Source of the DNA: Bacillales bacterium UBA6120
Lineage (GTDB): Bacteria > Bacillota_I > Bacilli_A > RFN20 > CAG-826
Direction: 5' to 3'
Assembly: GCA_002422535.1 (NCBI GenBank)
Contig: DIVY01000017.1
Span: 15,176 to 79,175 of the forward strand
Length of the DNA: 64,000 nt
Position numbers and translations under genes: made by a program. Below, in pieces: positions 49,789 through 60,027 of the stretch (the first letter of the stretch is position 1; the number at the start of each line of letters is the position of its first letter). The notes under the pieces are model-generated. The model did no database searches. It saw only the letters and a program-made list of their open reading frames with translations, and had not been told where the DNA came from.

Positions 49789-50056
49789 ACCATTTGATTG
49801 ACTATTTTAATTAGCAACACTTTCGATTGGTTTTTATTGGTTTTTATGACAATTTTTGCTATTGTATTTATGTATCAATAGATACTTAATATAAATTCAA
49901 AAATCGCCTCCATTAATTCAAGCTTTGCTTGTAACACATAATTAGAGAAATCCGTTTTTTTTGGACGGAACGATTTTTGGGTAATATGGCAATTGCCATT
50001 TTAAGTAATTTATCGGTCGGGTCATCACGACCAATTAACCACGAAAGGAAATAATT

Positions 50057-51637
50057 ATGGTTACTCTATCTTCAATGGATACCGGGCTCTCGATTGCCCT
50101 CATAATTATCGCGCTTTTCGTCGGCATTGGCGCCGGATTAGTCATTTACGCTCTCGTGCCATTCTTCAAAGCGAAGAAGGCGATGAAACAAGCGACAAAG
50201 ATTATCCGTGACGCTGAAATTCGTAGCGAACATATCATAAAAAACAGTCAATTAGATGCCAAACAGTTGACCTATGAGATGAAGCAAGAAGCCGAGCGCG
50301 AAATTAAGGAACGAAAAGCGGAAGTTGCTGCCGCTGAAAACAAATTGCTGCAACGCGAACAAAGTATCGACCGGCGCGACGTCGCCCTCATCAGCAAGGA
50401 AAACTTGCTCGAAGAAAAATCCGAATCATTGTCTAATCGTGTCAAAGAAATCGAAAAGAAAGAGAAGACACTTCAAGAAAAACTCGATTCGATCATTGCG
50501 GAACTAGAAAAAGTATCACAAATGTCCATCAACGAAGCCAAGAGTGAAATCATGACCCGCGTTGAAAACAAACTAAGCAAAGAAATTGCTATCTTTATCA
50601 AAAATAAAGAGGATGAAGCCAAGGATACGGCGCTCCAGCAAGCGCAAGAAATCTTAGGCATTACCATCAACCGCTATTCACAAGAATTTACGACCGAACG
50701 CACTGTCAGCGTCGTCGCCCTTCCAAGCGATGAAATGAAAGGTCGCATCATCGGTCGTGAAGGTCGCAACATCCGCAGTCTTGAACAATTATTAGGTGTT
50801 GACCTCATCATCGATGATACCCCAGAAGTGATTACCGTCAGCAGTTTCGATCCAATCCGTCGCGAAATCGCGCGCAAGACATTAGAAACGCTGATTAAAG
50901 ATGGCCGAATTCAACCAAGCCGGATTGAAGAAGTCGTTGAAAAAGCTAAAAAAGAAGTTGATGAATCGATCAAGACCGCTGGAAAAGAAGCGGCATTCCG
51001 CCTTGGTTTACCAACGATTCACCCCGAGTTATTAACGCTTGTGGGACGCATGAAATATCGGACCAGTTATGGTCAAAACGCTTATGACCACATCATTGAA
51101 GTCGCTAAACTCACCGGCATTATGGCCGCTGAACTTGGCCTTGATCAAACGTTGGCCAAGCGCGCTGGTTTACTCCATGATATCGGCAAAGCAATCGACT
51201 TTGAAATGGAAGGGAGCCATGTCGAACTCGGCGCTCGATTTGCCAAAAAGTATGGCGAGCCCGATGTCGTCATCAACGCGATTGAAAGCCATCATGGCGA
51301 TGTCGATGTCAAATATGTGATTTCAAACCTCGTGATTGCGGCTGATACCTTATCCGCAGCCCGACCTGGTGCTCGAAGCGAAACACTTGAAAATTATATT
51401 AAGCGGCTTGAACAGCTTGAAAAGATTTGTAAATCACACGAAGGCGTTGCCCAATCGTATGCGATGCAATCGGGACGCGAAGTGCGCGTCATGGTCATAC
51501 CTGAAAAAATCGATGATGTCGCTGCTTATAAATTAGCCCATGACATCCGTGAACAAATTGAAACTGAGATGACTTACCCTGGCCAAATCAAGGTCTCGGT
51601 CATCCGGGAATATCGCGCGGTAGAAACCGCCAAGTAG
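50057..51637 (+). CDS. rny: ribonuclease Y
   Basis: N-terminal TM, coiled coil, KH domain ([12 protein letters not shown]) and HD domain (LLHDIGKA). Confidence 0.95.
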   Translation: MVTLSSMDTGLSIALIIIALFVGIGAGLVIYALVPFFKAKKAMKQATKIIRDAEIRSEHIIKNSQLDAKQLTYEMKQEAEREIKERKAEVAAAENKLLQREQSIDRRDVALISKENLLEEKSESLSNRVKEIEKKEKTLQEKLDSIIAELEKVSQMSINEAKSEIMTRVENKLSKEIAIFIKNKEDEAKDTALQQAQEILGITINRYSQEFTTERTVSVVALPSDEMKGRIIGREGRNIRSLEQLLGVDLIIDDTPEVITVSSFDPIRREIARKTLETLIKDGRIQPSRIEEVVEKAKKEVDESIKTAGKEAAFRLGLPTIHPELLTLVGRMKYRTSYGQNAYDHIIEVAKLTGIMAAELGLDQTLAKRAGLLHDIGKAIDFEMEGSHVELGARFAKKYGEPDVVINAIESHHGDVDVKYVISNLVIAADTLSAARPGARSETLENYIKRLEQLEKICKSHEGVAQSYAMQSGREVRVMVIPEKIDDVAAYKLAHDIREQIETEMTYPGQIKVSVIREYRAVETAK

Positions 51638-51640
51638 GAC

Positions 51641-52429
51641 ATGAAGAAAATTCTATTTATTGGCGATATTGTGGGTCAAAAGGGACGGCAAGCCGTCTCT
51701 TTTCACCTTCCCGCACTAATAAAAAAATACAAGACCGATTTTGTCATCGCCAATGGTGAAAATGCCACACACGGCAAAGGATTGATTGAACATCACTACG
51801 ATGCTCTTATCGCTGAAGGTGTTGATTGTATTACGCTTGGAAACCATTATGACGCCAAATCGGAAATTAGAAAGTATCTTGATGGGGCTAATGGACTAAT
51901 TCGCCCATACAATCTCATGAACGAATATCCAGGCATTGGCACGATGATTTTTAAAGATCGCGACTGGTCAATCCGCGTGACTAATCTTTTAGGCCAAGCA
52001 TTTATGAGCGAAGAAGTAGCTAGTCCGTTTGATAGTCTCAAAAAAATTATCGAAACCGAGGAGCAGGCCGATATTCATATCGTCGATTTCCATGCGGAAG
52101 CGACGGGCGAAAAATACGCCCTAGCCCATGCCTTTGCTGGATCTATTAGCGCCCTCATCGGCACGCATACGCATGTCCAAACGCGCGATGCCCGCATCTT
52201 AAGTGGTGGTACTGGTTATCTTTCCGATGTGGGGATGACGGGACCTTATCATGGCATTCTTGGGGTTAAGGCCGAGAACATCATCGCCAAATTGTGGCAT
52301 CAAGAAAAGACGGTTTTTACCCTTGATGAACAAAAAGAGGCGCTATTTTCGGCGGTGTTATTACAAATCGATGAGACGACTGGTCACACGATCGACATCA
52401 CGCCGATATATCTAGTGGAGAAACTTTAA
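51641..52429 (+). CDS. ymdB: YmdB-family metallophosphoesterase (2',3'-cNMP phosphodiesterase)
   Basis: MKKILFIGDIVG start, the GNH and GTHTHV motifs, and synteny after rny. Confidence 0.9.
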   Translation: MKKILFIGDIVGQKGRQAVSFHLPALIKKYKTDFVIANGENATHGKGLIEHHYDALIAEGVDCITLGNHYDAKSEIRKYLDGANGLIRPYNLMNEYPGIGTMIFKDRDWSIRVTNLLGQAFMSEEVASPFDSLKKIIETEEQADIHIVDFHAEATGEKYALAHAFAGSISALIGTHTHVQTRDARILSGGTGYLSDVGMTGPYHGILGVKAENIIAKLWHQEKTVFTLDEQKEALFSAVLLQIDETTGHTIDITPIYLVEKL

Positions 52430-53868
52430 TGGCAATCATTATCAAAGAAATGCCCGACCTTAGCAAAGCGCGGTCCCGTTTGCATCAAAGCGTCACGATT
52501 GTTCATGATGAAATCGCCGTACCCGAACGGTTAAAAGCGATGGCTTTAGGTAAAACGTATTTTATTCGGACGTATGGTTGCCAAGCCAATGTCCGCGATG
52601 AAGAAACAATGCGTGGCTTGCTTGAAGAGGCGGGCTTTTCTAGCGTTGACAAGGAACAAGACGCTGATTTAATCATCCTGAATACATGCGCTGTTAGAGA
52701 AAACGCCGAAGACAAAGTGTTTGGAGAAATTGGTGTTCTTAAAGGGATTAAATCGACGAAAAAGGATATCGTCATCGCCATTGGGGGCTGCATGGTGCAA
52801 CAAGCGCACATCGTCTCCACGATAATTGATAAGCATCGCCATGTCGATTTAATGTTTGGCACCCATAACATCCACCAACTACTCGACATGCTTGATGAAG
52901 TATATGTTTCGCGCAACCGCCTCATCGATGTCCCATCCATCCCTGTATCATCAAATGAAACGATGCCGGCAAAACGATTACATCGTTATAAGGCGTTTGT
53001 CAATATCATGTATGGCTGCGATAAGTTTTGCACCTACTGCATCGTACCTTATACGCGTGGCCGCGAACGGTCACGACCTAAAGAAGATATTTTAGCGGAA
53101 TGCCGCCAATTAGTGGCCACAGGATATCAAGAAATCACGTTACTTGGGCAAAACGTCAACGCTTATGGCAAAGATCAACATGATGGTTATAATTTTGCCT
53201 CATTATTAAAAGATGTTGCGTTAACTGGAATTCCACGACTTCGGTTTACTACTTCCCACCCCTGGGATTTTTCCGCGTCTATGATCGAAGTGATATCGGC
53301 ATACCCCAATATCATGAAAGCGATTCACTTACCCGTGCAATCCGGCAATAGCGCGATGCTCCGCTTAATGGGGCGTCGTTATACCCGCGAAAGTTATGTA
53401 GCGCTGGTCGAGCAAATGCGCGCCAAGATGCCCGATATCGCCCTGACCACCGATATTATCGTGGGGTTTCCCAATGAAACAGACGCGCAATTTAATGATA
53501 CGTTAACGCTCGTGGAGCAAGTTGGGTATGATGGATGTTTCACATTTATTTATTCACCTAGGCAAGGAACGCCAGCCTCGCGCATGAAAGATGATGTTTT
53601 AACAAGCGTTAAACATGAACGGTTTGACCGGTTACTCATTGCCGTCGAAGCAAGTGCGAGGCACCACGCCGATGCCCTAGTGGGCACGACCCAATTAGTG
53701 CTCGTCGATGGCTATTCCAAGCGCAATAAACGAGTGTTATCGGGATATACCGAAGGCAATAAGCTCGTGCATTTTTCTGGTTCTAGCGCTTTGATTGGCG
53801 CGATTGTCAAAGTCAAAATAGTGGAATCGCATTTATATTCATTCAAAGGCGAATTAATCAATGACTGA
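52429..53868 (+). CDS. miaB: tRNA-i6A37 methylthiotransferase MiaB (radical SAM MTTase)
   Basis: MTTase N-terminal TYGCQAN, a radical SAM CDKFCTYC motif and a TRAM C-terminus. Confidence 0.9.
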   Translation: MAIIIKEMPDLSKARSRLHQSVTIVHDEIAVPERLKAMALGKTYFIRTYGCQANVRDEETMRGLLEEAGFSSVDKEQDADLIILNTCAVRENAEDKVFGEIGVLKGIKSTKKDIVIAIGGCMVQQAHIVSTIIDKHRHVDLMFGTHNIHQLLDMLDEVYVSRNRLIDVPSIPVSSNETMPAKRLHRYKAFVNIMYGCDKFCTYCIVPYTRGRERSRPKEDILAECRQLVATGYQEITLLGQNVNAYGKDQHDGYNFASLLKDVALTGIPRLRFTTSHPWDFSASMIEVISAYPNIMKAIHLPVQSGNSAMLRLMGRRYTRESYVALVEQMRAKMPDIALTTDIIVGFPNETDAQFNDTLTLVEQVGYDGCFTFIYSPRQGTPASRMKDDVLTSVKHERFDRLLIAVEASARHHADALVGTTQLVLVDGYSKRNKRVLSGYTEGNKLVHFSGSSALIGAIVKVKIVESHLYSFKGELIND

Positions 53869-54178
53869 CTTTGAAAAAGCTTTACTCGAACTAAAAGAGG
53901 GACTATTCGATGTTCCAGAAGTCAAAACTTTCTTTAGTTTGCGCGACCAAATTCAAAATGATCCCGATTTGATGAAGTTGGATAAACAAAAACGCGATGC
54001 GCAACAAGAAATGGCCAAAGCCATCAATGATGATGCCCAGTATTTCGTTAAAAAGCAACAATATCTGCAATTGGAGCAAACATACGATAGCCATCCGCTG
54101 ATCGTCAACTACAAGCAAGTAAAAGCCGAGGTTCATGCCTTATTAGAGCAAATTGTGGATATCCTCTCGACTGAATAG
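53861..54178 (+). CDS. ricA: YmcA/RicA-family (YlbF/YmcA) regulator
   Basis: Roughly 105-aa helical protein located between miaB and mutS, exactly as ymcA is in B. subtilis. Similarity to the YlbF/YmcA family. Confidence 0.55.
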   Translation: MTDFEKALLELKEGLFDVPEVKTFFSLRDQIQNDPDLMKLDKQKRDAQQEMAKAINDDAQYFVKKQQYLQLEQTYDSHPLIVNYKQVKAEVHALLEQIVDILSTE

Positions 54179-54226
54179 CGCGTTTTATCACTTGATTATG
54201 ATAAAATTATTTCTTAAGCGATTGCT

Positions 54227-56743
54227 ATGAAAACACCTTACACGCCGATGATGATGCAGTATCTAACCATCAAGGAAAAACATCCCGACACCTTGATTCT
54301 TTTTCGTCTTGGTGACTTTTATGAATTTTTCTTTGATGACGCGAAAATTGCCTCAAAAGAACTACAACTTGTCTTGACGGGAAAAAGTGCCGGTTCGAAG
54401 CAAAAAGTACCGATGTGCGGGGTACCGCATCATGCTATTAAAAGTTATATTGCGAAGTTAGTCAACCGCGGTTATAAAGTCGGGGTTGTCGAACAGCTGG
54501 AAGATCCGGCTTTAGCAAAAGGAATTGTTGACCGCGATGTCATTCAAATCATCACTCCCGGAGCATTTATTGATGTTCATGGAAGCGATAATAACTATAT
54601 TTGCGCGATTGAAGATACCGGTATTTACTATGTCCTAGTCTACGCCGATATTACCACGGGCGAATTAGCTGTGGCCAACATCGAGCACGACTTATTTTCG
54701 CTTCAAAGCGAACTTGAGCAACTTCAGACAAAGGAGATCGTGGTTTCTAGTGGCTTTGATGAAGTGTTACTATCATCATTGCTTGAAGGAAGACGGCTAT
54801 TAATTTCGCGGGAAGATGATGAAAGTGTTCCGCTTGATTACGAAGCGCTTTTAGTAACAATTAACGATGGCTTCCAAATGAAGGCCATTGCGAGGTTATT
54901 GCATTATTTAGAAAAAACGCAAAAGCGGGCGCTGACATATTTAAAGGCGGCCGTTCTTTTCAAAGCCAGCGCCACTTTAAAGATCGATTCTTTTAGCGCC
55001 GCTAATCTCGAACTATTAAGCTCACTTCGTAACAAAGAGAAGTACGGTTCGCTTTTATGGCTGCTTGATGATACCAAAACAGCGATGGGAACCCGTAAAT
55101 TAAAGCAATGGATCACCCATCCAAGCGCCGACCTTAAACTGATTACCAAGCGGCAAGACATGATTTCTGCCTTAATTAATTCATTCATCGTAAAAGATGA
55201 ACTAGAAAAATTGTTGGCCGATATTTATGATCTTGAAAGATTGATCGCCCGTATCGGCTATGGTAATGCCCATGGTCGTGATTTGTTGCAGTTAAAGCAA
55301 TCACTTGGAAAACTTCCTTCCATGAAACTTGCTTTAGCCAAAATCGACGAAGAAAATTTCAAGTTATTAACTGATAAGTTTGAAACAATGGATGATACTT
55401 TCGCATTGCTTGAACAGGCGCTGGATGAAGATGCGCCTCTTTCAATCAAAGAAGGCGGCATCTTTAAGCGAGGATATCATCAGGAACTAGATGAACTTAT
55501 TGACCTTGCGCGTGGTGGGCAAGCTTGGATTGGTAACCTTGAGTTGCAAGAGCGGGAAAAAACCGGCATCAAAAATTTAAAAGTCGGTTATAACAAAGTA
55601 TTCGGTTATTACATTGAAATCAGCCAAGGCAATCTCCAATATGTTAAAAGCGAATTTGGTTATGAACGCAAACAAACATTAACGACATCAGAACGGTTTA
55701 TTACCCCGGAACTTAAAGAAAAAGAAGCAGCGATATTGCACGCCGAAGAGCGCCGTCAAGCCCTCGAATACGAATTGTTTCTAGCGCTACGAGCACAAAT
55801 TGCCAATGAAACAGCAGTTATTCAAAATCTTGCTGATCAAATCGGGGAAATAGATGCTTTATTATCACTGGCGACGCTTTCAAGTAAAAATGGCTATGTG
55901 CGGCCAACATTTAACAATGATCGCCTCATCAATATTGTAAAAGGCCGGCATCCCGTGATTGAAAAGGTCATGAAAGTCAATCGTTATGTCGCTAATGATA
56001 TTGAATTTAATAAGGATACCGACATTTTGTTAATTACGGGTCCTAATATGGGTGGTAAGTCCACTTATATGCGTCAACTGGCGTTAATCGTGATTTTGGC
56101 GCAACTTGGATGTTATGTTCCGGCCATGTCCGCAAATTTAATGGTGTTTGATCAAATCTTTACGCGGATTGGCGCTAGTGATGACCTTGTCAGTGGCCAA
56201 TCGACATTTATGGTGGAGATGAATGAATCAAATTATGCCTTACAACACGCGAGCAGCAACTCCTTGCTTTTGTTTGATGAAATTGGTCGGGGCACCGCCA
56301 CTTATGATGGGATGGCGCTCGCGCAAGCAATCATGGAATACATCGCCGTTAAGATTCGTGCCAAAACGATCTTCTCGACCCATTACCATGAATTAACGAC
56401 ACTTGAAGCCAAACTTCCTAACCTTAAAAACATTCAGGTATTGGTTGCCGAAGAAAAAGACAAGGTGACGTTCCTATATCAAGTTGCTTCAGGCGCCATG
56501 AATAAGTCATATGGCATTAATGTGGCGCGGTTGGCCCATCTTCCCCCATCCTTGCTTGACCGGGCCAAAGAGATACTTAAGAGCCTCGAAAAGAATGGCC
56601 GCCCGACTTCCAATAAAGTCATGGAGGCTGAAGAACCAATCAACAATCCCTGGGTTGAAGAACTTGCTTCGCTTGATCCCTTAACGATGACGCCCATGGA
56701 CGCCTTGAGGTTTTTATATGATTTTAAAAAGAAGATGAAGTAG
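54227..56743 (+). CDS. mutS: DNA mismatch repair protein MutS
   Basis: Mismatch-binding start MMQYLTIK...GDFYEFF and Walker A GPNMGGKST. Confidence 0.97.
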   Translation: MKTPYTPMMMQYLTIKEKHPDTLILFRLGDFYEFFFDDAKIASKELQLVLTGKSAGSKQKVPMCGVPHHAIKSYIAKLVNRGYKVGVVEQLEDPALAKGIVDRDVIQIITPGAFIDVHGSDNNYICAIEDTGIYYVLVYADITTGELAVANIEHDLFSLQSELEQLQTKEIVVSSGFDEVLLSSLLEGRRLLISREDDESVPLDYEALLVTINDGFQMKAIARLLHYLEKTQKRALTYLKAAVLFKASATLKIDSFSAANLELLSSLRNKEKYGSLLWLLDDTKTAMGTRKLKQWITHPSADLKLITKRQDMISALINSFIVKDELEKLLADIYDLERLIARIGYGNAHGRDLLQLKQSLGKLPSMKLALAKIDEENFKLLTDKFETMDDTFALLEQALDEDAPLSIKEGGIFKRGYHQELDELIDLARGGQAWIGNLELQEREKTGIKNLKVGYNKVFGYYIEISQGNLQYVKSEFGYERKQTLTTSERFITPELKEKEAAILHAEERRQALEYELFLALRAQIANETAVIQNLADQIGEIDALLSLATLSSKNGYVRPTFNNDRLINIVKGRHPVIEKVMKVNRYVANDIEFNKDTDILLITGPNMGGKSTYMRQLALIVILAQLGCYVPAMSANLMVFDQIFTRIGASDDLVSGQSTFMVEMNESNYALQHASSNSLLLFDEIGRGTATYDGMALAQAIMEYIAVKIRAKTIFSTHYHELTTLEAKLPNLKNIQVLVAEEKDKVTFLYQVASGAMNKSYGINVARLAHLPPSLLDRAKEILKSLEKNGRPTSNKVMEAEEPINNPWVEELASLDPLTMTPMDALRFLYDFKKKMK

Positions 56744-56744
56744 T

Positions 56745-58460
56745 ATGGGCAAGATTAATTTATTAGATTCATCGTTATCAAACATGATTGCCGCTGGCGA
56801 AGTAATCGAACGTCCTAGTAGCGTTATTAAAGAACTAGTGGAAAATAGTATCGACGCCTCGGCGACGATGATTGAAGTGGCGCTATATGATGGTGGGCGT
56901 CGCAACATCATCGTTAGTGATAATGGTGAAGGGATGGATCGAAGGGATGCCCAATTAGCGTTAAAGCGCCACGCTACCAGTAAAATATCGACCGAGTTTG
57001 ATTTATTTAGAATTAAGACGCTCGGCTTCCGTGGTGAGGCGCTTCCTTCAATCGCTTCCGTCAGTCGTTTTCACATGTTGACAAGTGATGGCCAGAGCGT
57101 TGGCAGCGAAATCAGCGCGTTTGAAGATGAAATTGAGTGTCGTGACGCTTCAAGTAAGCAAGGCACTACGATCACCGTTGCTGAGTTGTTTTATAACACC
57201 CCAGCGCGTCTTAAATATTTGAAATCCGATTATATTGAAAACGCGAGCAGCTTAGAAGTCATGGCCCGTCTTGCTCTTGCTCATCCTTCGATCGCTTTTT
57301 CCTTCACGATTGATGAAAAATTACAGTTTAAGACCACGGGACGCGGCCAGCAACTTGAAGCTATCCTCAATATATATGGAGCCATGTCGGCGACTAATAT
57401 GCTCCCCATAACCTTTGTTTGTCCTGATTTTAAAATATCTGGTTATCTTGGGAAACCCGATATTGCCAAGTCAAATCGCTATTACATCGTCACCCTTCTT
57501 AATGGGCGAAGCGTCTTTATGCCAAAAGTGCAAACGGCAATCATTGAAGCGTACCGCGACTTTTTAGCCCCCGTGCGTTTTCCGTTTGTCGTTTTAAACT
57601 TTGAAATTGAGCCCGCCCTCGTCGATGTCAATGTGCACCCGAGCAAACGCGAGATTCGCTTTTCAAAAGAAGAAGCATTACGACAGGTATTGCTTGATTT
57701 AATTCCCACCATTTTAAGCGGGACGCCGCTTTTGGCGGCGGCGCCACTAAATAAAGAAGGGCTAAATCGAAATGAACGATCAATCGTCGATGAACCACAA
57801 TCATTATTGGAGACAGAAGTCGCTTATGGCCAATATTCCTTTGATGAAATTGCCCAATCGCAAAATATCAAGCCGTCATTAGTATTCCAGGCGATTGGCC
57901 AAATGCATGGCACTTATATTGTCGCTGTTGATGAACATGGCGGCTTTGTGCTAGTTGACCAACACGCCGCTGCGGAACGTATTAATTATGAAAAATTTAA
58001 ACATCTTGCTTCAATAAATGAATATATAATTTCACCAATTGTTCCCCTGATTATCGACATGAAGCCCAGTGAAGATGCTTTAGTTACACCCGAACGATTA
58101 GCAGTGTTAAAACAAACCGGCGTACTCCTTGAACCATTTGGCATCCATTCGTATAAAGTCGTCGAAATTCCTATTTGGGCCAAGGAATTTGATGAGCGCC
58201 AATATGTTGAACAATTGCTTGATGATGTATTGCATCAAGATAAATTCGATCCATTAAAAATTCGCGATGAAGCAATTGCCATGAAAAGCTGCAAACGTAG
58301 TTTAAAAGCTAATCAAAGATTATCGATTGGAGAAATGCAGGCGCTGATTGATAAATTGCTAACTTGCCAACATCCTTACACCTGTCCTCATGGACGACCT
58401 ACCATCGTATCGTTTTCAAAATATGATTTAGAAAAAATGTTCAAACGGACGGGTTTTTGA
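56745..58460 (+). CDS. mutL: DNA mismatch repair protein MutL
   Basis: GHKL ATPase region AAGEVIERPSSVIKELVENSIDA and full length. Confidence 0.97.
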   Translation: MGKINLLDSSLSNMIAAGEVIERPSSVIKELVENSIDASATMIEVALYDGGRRNIIVSDNGEGMDRRDAQLALKRHATSKISTEFDLFRIKTLGFRGEALPSIASVSRFHMLTSDGQSVGSEISAFEDEIECRDASSKQGTTITVAELFYNTPARLKYLKSDYIENASSLEVMARLALAHPSIAFSFTIDEKLQFKTTGRGQQLEAILNIYGAMSATNMLPITFVCPDFKISGYLGKPDIAKSNRYYIVTLLNGRSVFMPKVQTAIIEAYRDFLAPVRFPFVVLNFEIEPALVDVNVHPSKREIRFSKEEALRQVLLDLIPTILSGTPLLAAAPLNKEGLNRNERSIVDEPQSLLETEVAYGQYSFDEIAQSQNIKPSLVFQAIGQMHGTYIVAVDEHGGFVLVDQHAAAERINYEKFKHLASINEYIISPIVPLIIDMKPSEDALVTPERLAVLKQTGVLLEPFGIHSYKVVEIPIWAKEFDERQYVEQLLDDVLHQDKFDPLKIRDEAIAMKSCKRSLKANQRLSIGEMQALIDKLLTCQHPYTCPHGRPTIVSFSKYDLEKMFKRTGF

Positions 58461-59348
58461 ATGATTTATGTGATTACTGGACCAACCGGCAGCGGCAAAT
58501 CATCATTAGCCATGACTTTTGCTAAGGCGATTAATGGGCAAATTATTAATGCCGATGCTTTTCAGGTTTACAAGTACATGGATGTGGGAACAAATAAGGC
58601 CACTGTCAAAGAACAAGCGGCAGTAAAACATCATTTACTCGATATCGTGGCACCCAGTGAGGGGTATGATGTCGCCTCATATCAAAACGCCACGCGCGCG
58701 ATCATTTCTAAATTGAGCGAACAAAAGATTCCGATTATCATGTGCGGCGGAAGTGGTCTTTATATTCGCGCGACTTTATATGACTATGTCTTTCCACCGC
58801 AGGAACTAAAGACAAACAGCAATTACCAAGACCTAACAAACGCGCAACTTTATGACGAATTAAAGCGAATTGACAACGAAGCCGCGATGACGGTCCATCA
58901 AAATAACCGTCGGCGCGTAATGCGCGCCTTAGAAATTTATGCGCGAACCGGTCGTTCCAAAAGTGAACACCTGGCACTTCATCGTCCAAACCTTTTATAT
59001 AACGCCCTATTTGTTGGTCTAAAGTATGAGCGAGACCAATTATATGCGCTCGTTGATGCGCGCGTTGATACGATGATTCAAAAAGGATTGATTGAAGAAG
59101 TAAAATCGATTGTGGCTCAATTTGGGCTTGAGGCCAGAGCGCTTCAAGCGATTGGTTACAAACAAGTGCTCCCTTACTTAAAAAATGAATGTACACTTGA
59201 ACAGGCCATCGCCGATATTAAAACGGCAACGCGCCATTATGTTAAACGCCAATTTACTTTTTTTAATCGCCAATTACCGATGCATTGGTTTGACACTAAA
59301 GAAGAAGCCAAAGCATTTTTGTTAAGGGAGTTTCACCTCCATGAATGA
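58461..59348 (+). CDS. miaA: tRNA dimethylallyltransferase
   Basis: P-loop GPTGSGKSSLA and the MiaA family. Confidence 0.9.
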   Translation: MIYVITGPTGSGKSSLAMTFAKAINGQIINADAFQVYKYMDVGTNKATVKEQAAVKHHLLDIVAPSEGYDVASYQNATRAIISKLSEQKIPIIMCGGSGLYIRATLYDYVFPPQELKTNSNYQDLTNAQLYDELKRIDNEAAMTVHQNNRRRVMRALEIYARTGRSKSEHLALHRPNLLYNALFVGLKYERDQLYALVDARVDTMIQKGLIEEVKSIVAQFGLEARALQAIGYKQVLPYLKNECTLEQAIADIKTATRHYVKRQFTFFNRQLPMHWFDTKEEAKAFLLREFHLHE

Positions 59349-60027
59349 GCGATTATCACGCTTAGAACCTCTTTTTAAGGAGGCAGGAATCAAGGCAATT
59401 GAAGCAGCAAGAATTGTCATTGTTGGTCTTGGCGGCGTTGGTGGTCCCTGCGCGGAAACACTTGTTAGAAGTGGTGTCAAGCATCTTTTAATAATTGATC
59501 ATGATCTTGTGCAACCTTCAAACCTTAATCGCCAAATCCTTTATACAACAGACGACATTGGCAAAAAGAAAGTTGCTTGCGCTTACGCGCGTTTCACAGC
59601 GATTAACCCCGACATCTTTATGGAAACTTCGACTGACTTTATTGACTCCATTTCAATGCAAATCTTCAATCAATTCAAACCTGACTTTATTATCGATGCC
59701 ATTGATTATATTTCAGGGAAGAAAGCGCTAATTGCTTATGGGCAAACTAATGGAATCCCGACAATCACAAGTCTAGGAATGGGCAATCGAATTAATCCCA
59801 CTAAAGTTAAAATCGGAATGTTAAGCGAGACAAAGGGCGACCCATTAGCAAAAATGTTACGGCATGATTTACGACAACTAGGCATCAACATTAATCGTGT
59901 CCCGGTTGTCTATTCCGAAGAAATGCCACGTGTGAAAGCGCGACCAGTTGCTTCATACATGGCCGTTACTTCGACAGCAGGTCTTTTGCTTGCCAACTAT
60001 ATAATTGATAAAATAATTACGAGGTAA
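59341..60027 (+). CDS. tcdA: ThiF/MoeB-type E1-like protein, tRNA t6A dehydratase TcdA-like
   Basis: IVGLGGVGGPCAETLVRSGV Rossmann motif and the NLNRQ motif. Confidence 0.75.
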   Translation: MNERLSRLEPLFKEAGIKAIEAARIVIVGLGGVGGPCAETLVRSGVKHLLIIDHDLVQPSNLNRQILYTTDDIGKKKVACAYARFTAINPDIFMETSTDFIDSISMQIFNQFKPDFIIDAIDYISGKKALIAYGQTNGIPTITSLGMGNRINPTKVKIGMLSETKGDPLAKMLRHDLRQLGININRVPVVYSEEMPRVKARPVASYMAVTSTAGLLLANYIIDKIITR

